In this document: piece after piece, positions 37,353-49,479 of the stretch | Position numbering within the stretch: position 1 is the stretch's first letter | Layout of the letters: every line of letters begins with the position of its first letter | Source: Yuukianura sp. NJ FZ-2021 | Lineage: Eukaryota | Direction: 5' to 3' | DNA: 64,000 nucleotides | Assembly (NCBI GenBank): GCA_046563655.1 | Contig: CM102285.1 | Span: 2,852,001 to 2,916,000, forward strand | Position numbers and translations under genes: made by a program | Notes under the pieces: generated by a model | What the model was told of the DNA's origin: nothing | Seen by the model: the letters and a program-made list of their open reading frames with translations, nothing else | Database searches by the model: none

Positions 37353-37740
37353 TAGTGGTTCAAGTTCGAATATTAATATTCGAATATTCGAATACGAATA
37401 CCGGTTTTTACCGGTGTTCGTTATTCGAATATCTCACGGAAGTATTCGAATACCTAGGAAAGAAACCAGTCCAATTCAAACCCTGATAAAGTTTTGAAAT
37501 ATGTCCTCCAGTGCCCGTCGTTTTCAGGTTTTTTCGTTTCATTCCGCAACAAAACACAACTATGGTGTTACTAAAAATTTTAAATTAAAAACTTTAATGA
37601 ATTAAATTAATTAAAAAATTTAAATTTATGCAGTGGAAATCCAAATTCAACTATTCGAAACTTCGAATACTTCTTGATAATGTTCGAATAATTATTCGTT
37701 ATTCGAATACTTGGTTTTGCATTCGAATATTGAACCACTA
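37353..37740. mobile_element. Non-autonomous hAT-like DNA transposon (MITE), 388 bp
   Basis: Perfect 11-bp TIR tagtggttcaa/ttgaaccacta; 8-bp TSD atctcaac (37345-37352 and 37741-37748); many TTCGAATA subterminal repeats at both ends. Confidence 0.88.
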
Positions 37741-39044
37741 ATCTCAACTTGCCCCGTCCACTCTTCTCGTCAGTTTTATTTTTGAAGTGTCAGCGTCAGA
37801 GCGGCAAGAGACAAATCCTGAGCGCTCTAAAGCACTTTTTGCGAGTGAAAATAAGTCGGAGCGAGCGGAAGCGGAGAGGAAATACTTAATTACATTGCCT
37901 TGCATTGTCCGTGTTCAATGAGCTGCGATTTGAGCTCTCTCTCTCTTTAATTCCTTTTTATCGCAGAGCGGCTATTAGGAAAAGGAAAGTGTTCGCTCTT
38001 TTGCTGCCGCTCTTTCTTACAAACCATGAGGCGGGAAAAAAAGTTGAATGGAAGTAAGTGACTGTGAGGAGAGCAGAATGTGGACGAGAGATAAAATCTT
38101 CAATCTCCGTGCCAAGACACCCCGCTAAGTGTCCGTCCACTTCAGTCCACCCACTCGGCTAAAGGACGACGCACACAACAATGGACGGAAAAGCCATTTG
38201 AGACTTTCTTTTCCAGACATTATCTGCCGCTCTAACTCCGAAAACTCCCGCTCTCCTTCAATCCGCGCAAAAAAAAAACTATTGACAGTTTGAAAAAGTC
38301 AATGCCAAAAAGCTTAACCTAAAAACAAGATGAAGGCGGCTGTGGCGGAACAATACGGAAACGTTTTTTTAGAAATTCAAAAAATGTTGAGAAGATGCAA
38401 TTTCTGGAAATTTGGAAGTTCAGTTTGGAATATAGTTTTTGAAAATGGTTTTCCTTGTGCTTTTGATGTTTCATTAAAGGCGGACGTGGAGAGAGTAGAT
38501 GGGATTTGATTAAAGTTTTGGGCCTTTGCCTCCATGATTTCATACCCAATAAAGTTGTGAGTGGATTGTGCTAATAGATTCCTATAAATTACGGACCTTT
38601 ATCTCTCCGGCCACCACAACCAAAATCTCCTACCTAACATAACCTAACCTAAAATTTCCGTAGTACAGGATATGGTCGTTGCTTTGGAGAAAACGTATGG
38701 ATTCACTGTGAGGCTTTTAAGCAAAACCAAAATTTTAATCAAGTTAAGCTCACAAATAAGCGCCAAAAAGGAAATGGAGAGCAGCAGGAGCGGGAACGTT
38801 TAATCCGCTTTAGAATCTTATTAGGATTCTAAACAGGTTCACTTTCTAATCTAAACTAAGTTATTGGAGTTATTAATAATAGCAGGAAACCCAACAACAC
38901 TAATCAACCTAATCTCAAATGGCTCACTACAAATTTAGTATATGGACAAACGAGATTTGGCGGAAATTTTAGGACTGCTAAAATTCGAAATTTTATTTAG
39001 TACGTCGAATTCATTTTGCTTGGTTTTCAATTATTGGAGTATCA

Positions 39045-39633
39045 TTATTTTACAGTTGCTAAGAAAATGATTGCAACTACCAAGAGCATGACCATACATA
39101 TTACAAAGCACAACACTGTATTATACTCTCTGTTCTTTGTCGTTAGCCATGCGTCTATGACTTTGTCCAGGGACTCCAACCAAATTCTTCCAATTTTGTC
39201 AATTGAATCAGACAAAATCTTCTCCGAATCCATGGGCACTCCATCAGTATCGAAACTGTCAGTTGACTTTTCTAAAATTGAATTTCTCATTTTTAACTGA
39301 TTTTTTTTTTTAAATTTTTGAAATATTTCCAAAACTTGAAACCGATTTTCAGTTCTTCATACAGTTTTAACATAGCAAACGAACATTTACTACTTACCAG
39401 CAACCACCATGGCACCTTCTCGTGCTTCTGCAGGATCACTTCTCTCACATTGCCCTGGAACCGGGCTTAGTGTAGCGCTAGAATGGGCAAGCGCAATACC
39501 AAAGTACAATCCCACCACCAGTGCAACCTGTCACAGGTTAATTGTAAATTCAAAAAATCGTTGTATGTTCTTTTTTTGAAAGTTTAAGATCTATTTTTTT
39601 TTAATTTGAAAGGCTCACCCGAATTATAATCAT
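39045..39633 (-). CDS. Three-exon small protein (123 aa) with signal peptide and C-terminal hydrophobic anchor; exons 39619-39633, 39398-39527, 39045-39271
   Basis: caaaATG start; GT-AG introns (gtgag...gacag; gtaagt...ttttag) join in phase to give MIIIRVALVVGLYFGIALAHSSA...YNTVLCFVICMVMLLVVAIIFLATVK*. Confidence 0.72.
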
Positions 39634-42600
39634 TTTGTAGATGCACTCTTGTCTCGTTAGTAAATGGTGTTCGTAAACGTTATTTAGTAACGTTATTTTT
39701 AGTATTTATTAGTAACGTTAAACCTACGTTAGTTCTAATCAAGCCAAACCTGAATTGTACTGCACTCGTTGACGAAGAAACATTGGCGATTTCAAGGTTT
39801 TTGAGAGCTTTACAAGTAGGAATCTAAAAATATTTTTACGGTTTGACCTCAGGGCATAAGCATTTTAGAATGCTGGCTTTTCGAGTCTAATCTTTTTTTT
39901 GTTTCAATTTTTTAAATGTTTAAAAATTACCCTAGAAAAAAGGCTTTGTTAGTCCTTCGTCCTTCGAACCTTCCTGTTTATTTTTAAAATTCTATTTTCA
40001 ATTAAAACCCCAGCTAAACACTCAAGTCCAGGAAGAATGTAAGTAACTTTTTTGAAGTTTGAGCTGATATTGCGGAGGTCTATAGGAACACGTCTATTTT
40101 CGAAGAATTTGTTTTTGTGAATTAAAACAAATCTAGTGAAGGATAGTGAACGGCGATGGCGCAGCAGCGGTGCGTAGAAAGTGAAGCGATAGACATGATG
40201 GGGAAAAGCTATTTTGCTTTTGCTTTCACTTTTTCTCCAGGCAAAAGCACGACTTTGAAGAAGAGCATAAAAATAAAATTTCGACTTTTCCCCCTTCAGT
40301 TCAAATGGTCTGCAAGAAATGTGACAAACATAATTCGAAGAAATACAGTACAGCCCTGGAGCTGTGCTGTTGAGCGGGAGCGGGAGAAAGTCCTTTATTC
40401 AAAAAGTCTCAATTTAAGTCAAGGGAACTTGGCAGGATTTTACGGTAATCCTTGTTGAGACGTCCAAACAGCCTGTGTCCAATCACTCACTTCTAGTACG
40501 ACGTCCTTCCGAGACTTTTTTGAAACGTTTTTTTACTGAAAAGATGACAACTTACAACGAAAAACAAATGGACTTGTAGCTTGCCAGATTTCAAAAAACG
40601 CATGAACATGTTATGTTAATGCTTTGATTTGAATATAGGAAAGAGAGAAAGTATGGCATTACGATTTGGAGCGAATTTTGAATTTCGTCAATTTTTTCAT
40701 GTCCTTTGTAACCTTGGAAATCACAGAAACTCGTAACTTTCAACCCGATAATCTTTTTCGACTTTTTTTTTATTTTGGTCCAAAATTTGTTTTGTGAACA
40801 CCGGGTTCATGTTTTTTCGAAGAAAAAAAATGTACAACAAAATTTGTACTTTACACAACACATTTTACATCCCGATTTCGGATTTGGCTCAAAATGTAGT
40901 GAACTACCAGGTCGTAAATTGAAATGAGAAATGGAAATTTTTTTTTTTACTCTTTTAGAAAAATTTTCAGTACGTTACAAATCCGAGTGTTCCAAGACGG
41001 GTTACAAAACGACGGAAAAGCAGATGAGCGTTTTTGTGTAAAAATGTTGTATTGACACAAGGGTTTTTTGTCATCTTAAATCACATCTCTCGAAGATCAA
41101 AATTGGTTTCGCTCCGACTCCAGTCAAATATTATGACTTGGATAGAAGTTAGGTTATTCAAGATGAGGCAGAAGAAATCGGAGCCGTAAAATAAACCCTT
41201 GACACTCTGAAATAAAATGGAATTTATATTGGAAAAGTTTATAAATCAAAGGAGTTGTGAGCAAGGAGATTTTTGGCCTTTGGACATGGATGTGCGGGAG
41301 ACGCGGGAAGACTGAAAAAGTGAACGGCCCACTTAAACTTTGTCTCTGTTGCGTTCATTTAAAAGGTTAGATTCGCGTAGCCTACTGTATCTGTGTCGTA
41401 AGGAAACAAATGCGCAACAAGGCATATCCCAACATCCACTCAGCATCAGAGTCGTAAAGAATGAACACAACGACCCACAGAATGGATCAAAACTTTCATA
41501 TAACTTTTCTTTCCTTTTCAAAAACTCGGCGCTCTTTTTACTACGCCATTTCTAAATAAAAGTTCCGCTTCCAGTTCCTCCACTTACGCTTACGCAACTA
41601 AGCTCTCCACTCGACCTCTTTTTCCAAGGTAAACGCTAAGTCTAACTTTATTGCTTCCTTCCAAATTTCGAAACTCATCCATTCCCTAAACACTCAAAGC
41701 TCTGTACACAAGCAACTTACATAACCTAACTCACGAAAAACTCCTAGATACTTCAGCTTGTTTCTCTCAACAAGAAAAAACTCAACAAGACACAAAAGTA
41801 AGAAAAAACAAAATTTTGTGTAGCATCTGCACAATTTTTTTTGAAATTCGGCAGAGGGAAAGTCAGGAGTAAAAGTAGAAAATTTTGGGGCAATGTGAGA
41901 GTTAAGCGGAGGCAGACGACTTGTAACTTTACACAAAAGTTGTTTATGCTTCCCCTTACTTTCACCGCTTTCTCCTGGTGGATTGGTATTGGATTCATTG
42001 GTTTGGAAATGAGAAGCTGGTTGCGAAGCCACAGGATCCCTTGGACTAAGGGCCCTCTGCCTCCGTCTATGTCTAGGACTCGGGTGTTTGCTCTGTGCCT
42101 TCCTGCCCAAATATTGACACAGTGCTTTCCCTTCTGTTTTCATCGTAGCCCATTGAATCCACGGGTTCTCAAGTTAGGCTTCTTCTTAATAAAAGCACCA
42201 CTCCCTCTGGTCCACATTACTTCCGATGATACCTCTCTCCCTACCTTAATTTCACTTTCCACAACTATCCAAACACTCGAGACCACTTTCACCTCCAATT
42301 CTAGCAACAGCAAAAAAGTCAACACGGCTTGATCGACTCATACAAGCTCAAAAAGCAAAAACTCCGAAGCCAAACTAGGGAAGTTTTTCTGTTAGTTTAA
42401 CAAAGGATGAAGAAAAAGGAAAAATTTCTGTTAATTCTCATGTTTAGGTTACACTTTCTCCATTTCCTGTTTGCGTGCAAATTGCATTGGCTTGTTGATT
42501 CAAACTTCAGTTAAAGTCAAATCAACCGCTAAATTTCCTTCTTTAGAAATAAATTGAGAAATGAGTTCCTCCGAAAACCGAAATCCCCTCTGCTGAGTTT

Positions 42601-43999
42601 TTTATTGAATTGAAAGCTCTTCTTCGTTTCATGACCAGAGAAAGCCGCTTTCTCTCCAGCCACCGTTTCCACTTTCAGCGTTTAAATTCTAAGCCTTCCT
42701 TCTCCTTCCAGTGTCTCTCCAGTGGAATTACAAGTGAACCAAGCGACTGGCGAAGAATAATGTGTCTGTGTATGTGTAGGTTTGAAAGCGCCTAACATGG
42801 TCCAAAGCATAACAGAGGGCTAACGGTGTGTGGAAAAGCCATATGGCCCACACTGTTTTCTTCGGATGAAGATCTATTCCCTCGATGGCAATAAAGGAGC
42901 ACAATATTCTCAACTAAGCGCATTTCCCACCCCACACTCTCCAAAACGACCAGAGCACAATTTTCATTCTAATTTTATTTTACTTTTGTCCAAATCCGTT
43001 CTTTTTCGGAACAACTTTTCCCTAAACAAGTTTTTTTCCGTTCTACGTCTGGATATTCTCCGGGAATTAAATTTAAAGAGAGGGAGGAGAAAAAAAAAGT
43101 TGGAGAAAGTTTTTGTGCTAAATGGAATAAAACTGTTTTTGAAAAAGAAAAGGCGGGAGGACAGAGGAGAAAGTTCGTATGTATGCATGAAGCGGGAAGC
43201 ATGAATTGAATTTGAAAATCGTTTTATTACGTCATTAAGCTATTCAATTCCTGCTGCTCTGATTTTTCCATCAACCTTCTCCTCCTCTCTTCTTTCATTT
43301 CCGCCTTCAATCAATAGGAATTTAAGGCCCTATATTCCTTCATCTTCAACAACTGTTGAGAGGATATGTGTGTTTTCCACTCTCTTAGTTTGAAAAAAGA
43401 GCGGGAAAATTGGAATTTGGAAAGTAGAGCTAGGTAGTACTAGTAGAAGAACCAAGAGTTCCACTTTAAAAGCTTTACAAAGGAAGTGCTCAAATCAGAC
43501 TCTGCTGCTCCCAAGTTCCTTCGGAATGAGAAAATGTCATTTCGAAACGCTTTTCCCTCCATTCATCTTCTTCTCAAAATCAGTTTGTCCAAGGCGCTCA
43601 AAGCAAATTCTAAAATAACTTCATTCCAAATTCCTCAACATTCATCTCAAAATGTCACAGTTCATCTCACTTTACAATTTTGAGCAAAAGTTGACCTCGG
43701 CTGACCCAAGGTCCTACATAAACTATTTTTTAATATAAAATACAAAATAGCTGTATGATTTGAGTCGTTGCTTTAGAATGTCTGAGAGTGACAGAGACAG
43801 AGTATGTAGTATATTCTATATTTTAGTTTGCATGTTCTGATGAAATGTCTTAAAATGCATAGTTTAATACTACGGAAGTGCCTGCCGTCGTATGGGAAGA
43901 ATAAATGAATGCAGGAGGCTAATGAGGTTCTCTTCCTTCTGGAAACGAGTATTCCAGGAAGTTAGCAAAGGAACCTGCCTACGCATTCTACCTCAGACT

Positions 44000-44054
44000 T
44001 AATGGAAAACCTAGCCTAACCTAATGGAAAACATAACCTAACCTAGTGGAAAAC
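44000..44054. repeat. 22-bp tandem repeat containing CCTAA units
   Basis: ta(a/g)tggaaaac at 44000, 44022 and 44044, separated by cctaacc-type spacers. Confidence 0.7.
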
Positions 44055-47000
44055 CCTCCAGGAGAAAGCAGGAGACAGAACTCAGTCAAAAGACGCTTAA
44101 TCAGAAATCGGAACAACCCGCCACAACGTCTTCTTATAAACTTTAGAACCAAACTCCAACTTTTAGAAACTTGCGTGTACCTTAACTCACGTTTTGTTTT
44201 TTAAAGTTGGTTTAGTAAAAAAAAATGTGTTAAAAGGAAGAAGTGAGATTGACTTTCGCGGAAAAGCGGAAGTTGGACATATTGCGTTGGGTGGCGACAT
44301 ATACAGAGTGTGGACATGGACTTAAGTGAGAGGAAGGAAGGGCTTTGGCTGTATTGACTTTCTTTGTTCCACTTGGACTCGAGTAATGTTAGGCGCCTAA
44401 CGTAACCTAACTAGGCAAAGGGCCAAGAGCACTTCATCTGCTGGACTCATGAACTAGGTTCCGGTGGCCTGGTGGTCGTAAGACGTCAAGTGCCACCCTG
44501 GACACACTCTGTGTCTCTTCATATCAAACATGTCCACAGTTGGGCATTAATGGACACACGAGTCTACAGAAAGAGAAAGTCCTTTAATGACAACCACCAG
44601 CTCTTTCCATTTCCCACGTCGTCATTTCCTCGCTTCATGGCTCTCCCACTCTCCCGCTTTCACCCAATTCCATCTTAAAGCTAAACCGAGTTACTGGACG
44701 ACGTCTTGCCATAAATTCGGTCAGGTCATGTCACATGACCAGGGCACGATCATGTGACATTAGAGCGATCAGGTTAGTTAATGGAAATGACGATGAATGT
44801 TCAGCAAAAGTTGATTTCTGGTAAGGTTCCTCGGCAACCAAATTGAACTTTCTTTAACAGGTAAGGCAATAACTCAAATTTTCAAAAAATCTTGAGTCAA
44901 TCAATTTTTTATACCTTTTTTGTTTTTCCTACCTTTTACCATTTTGTACTTTGAATTTGCCAATTCAAAAGCCAACTCTCTGAATTTTTAGTTCCACTTA
45001 CCATACCAACGGCGAGTGAACCTGAGTAGATTTAGTCTTGAATATTTCTCACAAAAAACTTAAAACTCGAGTTATTGTCTAACCTGTTAAAGAAAAAGTC
45101 ATTCTTTGTTTATCCACCTTGATTTCTGACGTGAACGTAACGTCAACAGACTGCAAAAAATTTGACTTAGTCAATGTTAGAAAAAGTGGGGCGAAAAAAA
45201 GAAGTTGCGCAACTTTTGTCTCATTTTGTTGCGCAGTACTATTTCGAGACATTCCTGGTGGTAGATTTACTGAGTCGCGGTGAACGTGCGTATATTCTTT
45301 TTAAAGTGATTGCCATGATATGTCATTTCTGCCTGGTCGAAGAGGGATTCTGGATGAATTTGGACTTTTTTGCGGTCTCTGCGCTCTCAGCTTGAGGTGG
45401 ATCATGATCGAATCCCCGATCAAAATCCATCAAATGGAAACATTGTTCTTGAAACAGGACACAAGTTCTGTTACTTAATGGAATACTGGACGTCAATATA
45501 CTCGTCTCCTCCCCCAAGGAATTCCGCGCCTTCTTCATTTCAAATTTTACTCAATATCTTCCAAAGAAAGAACTGAACTTCGCCCTTTCCTTTCTTTAAA
45601 AAAAGTTCAACTCTGGAAACGCCAATACACCAGAACTTTAATTCTCCAGGCAGTCAACCAGGCGTGGAAATTAGACCTCACTACGACTCTGTTCTCTCTT
45701 TTAAAAAAGTTGAAATTGGATCTTGCCATTTTTGTCAATTTGATTTTTCTAATGGACTTTTATCGTCATTCAGTTAAGGTTTATTGGAAGGAGCTTTCTG
45801 CCTTGACTGTCCCCCTGGCGGGAGAAAGTGAGCGGGAGAATTTGAAAAGCCTCTTGGCAATAAATGTAGCACTTCAAGGAAAGTCGGAGACTCAGAGACT
45901 TTCTTTTTTTTTCAAAAAGGAAGAAGCTTTTGGAAAAAGCCTTCCGCCTTCCCGAGCATCTGGAAAATGAGAAATAAAAAAGAAGACTGGCCAAAGGACG
46001 AAATTCAAAATTGAAATGCCAATTGAGGCGGATGGAAGCACAGGAGAAACGGAATTGCTTTTGGCGATTTTAGTGTCCGCACCCCTCATGGTGCGCTGCT
46101 CTTTCCTTAATAAACTGGACATGATTTAATGCGACTTCAGCTTATCAGTTTCTTCTTTCAAATGTTATTGAACAACCTCAAAAAAGAAAAAAAAATACTA
46201 CAAATCTATACCTTTTAAGGCCAAAAACGTTCATTGTACTTCTTTCACTTTTTAGCAGATAGGACTCAAATTGAGAAATTGATGTATTGCTTTTGCGTTA
46301 TCTTTTTCTTTAAATGCAAAATTTTTACTTTTTTGGAGATTCTCCTTTTAAAGAAATCAATAGCGTTTGAAGGTGAATACTTACAAAAAAAAAGCCATGA
46401 TGAATTTTGGAAGAAAAAAAAATTTACATGCTTTTTAATTCTCGTTTTTTAGAAGCCGAACAATAGCATTTTGCAATCAGTAGTTGTAAGAACGCCATGA
46501 TGAATTTTTGAGGAAAAATTCAAAAAATTTCCATGAAATGTGAGCCAAAAGATACATTTTTGTCTCAAATGAAGCCAATTTCGACCCAATTTTGTTTTCA
46601 ATTTTACAATTCAAATTTCCGTTTCGAATTACATTATTTTTGAAACTACCCACGCATGAACTAAAACTCTTCTTAAGGTACGCTCTTGAATTGAATCCTT
46701 AACAATTGGAGGAACAAGTTTAATAGGATTTTGGTTATTTATAAAACCCAGAGGAGAACTTTCTCTCTTTATCCAACTGTCAATTACACGTTGTGAAAAA
46801 AAGTGAAATGACAGAAAAATCTTCCTACTGTCAGATACAGGTTGAGCAGAAAAGAAAATAATTTCAATTCAAAGTTTTTTTTGCTCGAAGCCTATCCTAT
46901 TCTATTCAGTGTACTCTACATACCGTAGTCTGTTCAATTGAAACCGAGCACTACACGATGACAACTTCCTCCTCACTTATTTTCAGACGAACCTGTCTAC

Positions 47001-48205
47001 TTAGGCCCAATTTCTCTGGACATGTGGCATGACATGAAACCTAATTATGAGATCTCATTCAGTCTCATTTCAATCACGGCCAGACATTCATCCTCAACTA
47101 CAAAATTTAAAAATACACTTTTCAAATTACGGCGCCCTGAATTTTTAGAAAAACAAAACAAGCACAATGACAAGCACTACAAATTAAGTAACAAGTTGAG
47201 CGCGAAATTCAAAAAAAATTGAATTTAAAATTATAAAGCTACTCTATAACATCTTTCGATTTGCTTCGTTTTCTTGTGGCGAAAGAAAATGTTGCCATTG
47301 TTTTGTTGTTTATTTCATTTTTCGCGCCTTTTCCCTGGTTTCAAAAAAGTTAAATTTATGGAATTCAAAATTCGATGGCCGACGGCCTTTCACTACCCGC
47401 TTAGATTCATCCACTTTCACCATTGGATGAAATGGCCAAAATTTGATATCCAGGACGACTGTTGCCTAGGATTTTTTTTTGTTTCAGCCCAATTTCTCTT
47501 TCCTAGTTTGTGTTGGTTCGAAGGGTCCTCGAGTCTGTGTAGGGAGTCCTTGGAGCGGAGAAAGTGGTGAGGTTGGGGTTTGGGAAAAGAAGCAGAAGAA
47601 AATGTCAAGTCCAATTGAAGGGGACATGTGGATTGTGTGGCTGAAGGACTCTCTTTTTGACTGACTGCAGAAGGATCCAAGTAACAACCTTACAACGTCC
47701 TCCTGCCTGTCATCCCCCTCCTGTCATCTCGAAACATGATGAGGTCTTATTAAAATTTATTTCCAACCAGACTCTGAAGGAAAATAATTCACTTACAACA
47801 GACACTACGCACATGCGCACTCCAATCCACATTCCCAGCACAATTACACAAAGTTGGATGCTTTTGTAAAACTTTCAAAAAAATATAAACATCCCGTTTT
47901 CAAATTGAATTAAAATCTAACTTCGAAATCCATTTTCATTTCTGCCGGGAAAGTTTATGATCATCTCCCTCGAGAATTCTGGCATCAATTTTGCTGAAAA
48001 GAAAAAAAAGTAATAACTTTCCGATTTAAAACGAAAGCTTTTAGACCAAAAAATCAAGATATAAAAATTCAAAATTTTCGGAAATTCCGAAAATAATCTT
48101 CAAAAATGTACCAGAATTAACTGAAAAGTTGTCTATAAAGTCAAACATTAACGAAAGAAGCTTTTAAAATTTCTAGAATTTTTGAATCTTTAGCATTCTT
48201 TTCAG

Positions 48206-48393
48206 ATTTTAGCAGCACATGGTGCATTAGGTGTTAACCTACGATGAAACCCAAGAGTACGAAGAGTGTGCGGCGAGGCGGAAGGAGAAGTATGGAATTA
48301 GCGGGTGCGTCACAACGTGTCGCAGTGTGTCTCTTCCTTGCGGTGGTGAGCAGGCTGTCGTCGTTTTTGAAGGAAATGGATTATGTTTTGAAG
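48206..48393 (+). other. Candidate isolated exon
   Basis: cattcttttcag acceptor and gaag|gtaagt donor flank a GC-richer block that is open in two frames; no recognisable homology. Confidence 0.3.
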
Positions 48394-49161
48394 GTAAGTC
48401 TTCCACTCTGTGCTCATCTTCTTCTATGGAAGGAAGACAACCTAACCTAAAAAGATGATGATGAGGAAGATGCTGCTGAGGGGAGACGAAACCACTGCCG
48501 CTCTTCTGTCTCCGTCTCTCTCTTCCACTCCGCTGCTTTCTCCTCTCGAGATGGATCACAAAATATGATTGCCCCAAGATGACTCCCTCTGAATTTGTCC
48601 TCTTCACTTATTTCACACTTTCTCTTGCTCTAAAACTAACCTAACACTCGCGTTCAGGTTATAAGCTACTAACCTAGCACACGCCGTGCTTTCTCTACCA
48701 TTCCCAGTCTTTGTTTCATGTTAGGCTAACATAGAGAGTGTGAAAGTGATTTTGCAGGTTTAGCTTCAAAGAAACTAAAAAGTCAAATTTAGTGTAGCCT
48801 AAAACTATAAGCTTAATTTTGCGCGTTAGGACAAAATGCTTGGTAGTGATCGAGGGCATCGAGTGATTTGAGTTGGAAAATGGGTGTTAAGAGGGTAGGT
48901 TAAAGTTAGGTTAAACTTATCAGGTTTCTTCGTTTGAGTTGTGCATCATTACTAAACCTTTTGTTCCACTGAATTTTGTGAAGAGGAAATTCAGTGAAGC
49001 AGAGATGCGTCTTCTTGGGCTCAAATGATTACGAACCAGGATTCCCTCCTAAACCTTTAATCAAAGTCACTCAAGGGAGAAATACAAGGAGGGGGCAAGA
49101 GGACTTCCTCCTTTTCCGCACCCCTCACCACCCACTCTATGATCAGAAAAAGGAGAGCACG

Positions 49162-49479
49162 CCATTTCATCGAATGAATTCCCACGAAGTGAATTTTCCC
49201 AAAACCAATTATCACGAAAGTTGAATTACCACGAAAGCTGAACTACCATGAAAGTCCATGAATTGCGGCTAACTTTTAGCTAGAATGGGTTACCGCGCCG
49301 AAGGCTCGCCAAAACGTTTGGTAATGCATGCAATAGTGATTACGTCTGTAGGTTGTATATGTAAGTGTGGCTACTCTGACACAGTTGAACTGTCACGATA
49401 ATTCAACTTTCTTTGAAATTGGTTTCGGGGAAATTCATTCGTGGTAATTCACGTCGTGGCAATTCATTCGTTGAAATGG
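49162..49479. mobile_element. Foldback/MULE-like non-autonomous element with repetitive long TIRs
   Basis: ccatttcatcgaatgaatt ... aattcattcgttgaaatgg, with inverted arrays of gaattaccacgaa-like units; no clean TSD seen. Confidence 0.6.

Noticed and set aside
49180-49470. Repeat arrays superficially like a CRISPR array
   Set aside because: Eukaryotic context; units are inverted subterminal repeats without unique spacers or cas genes.
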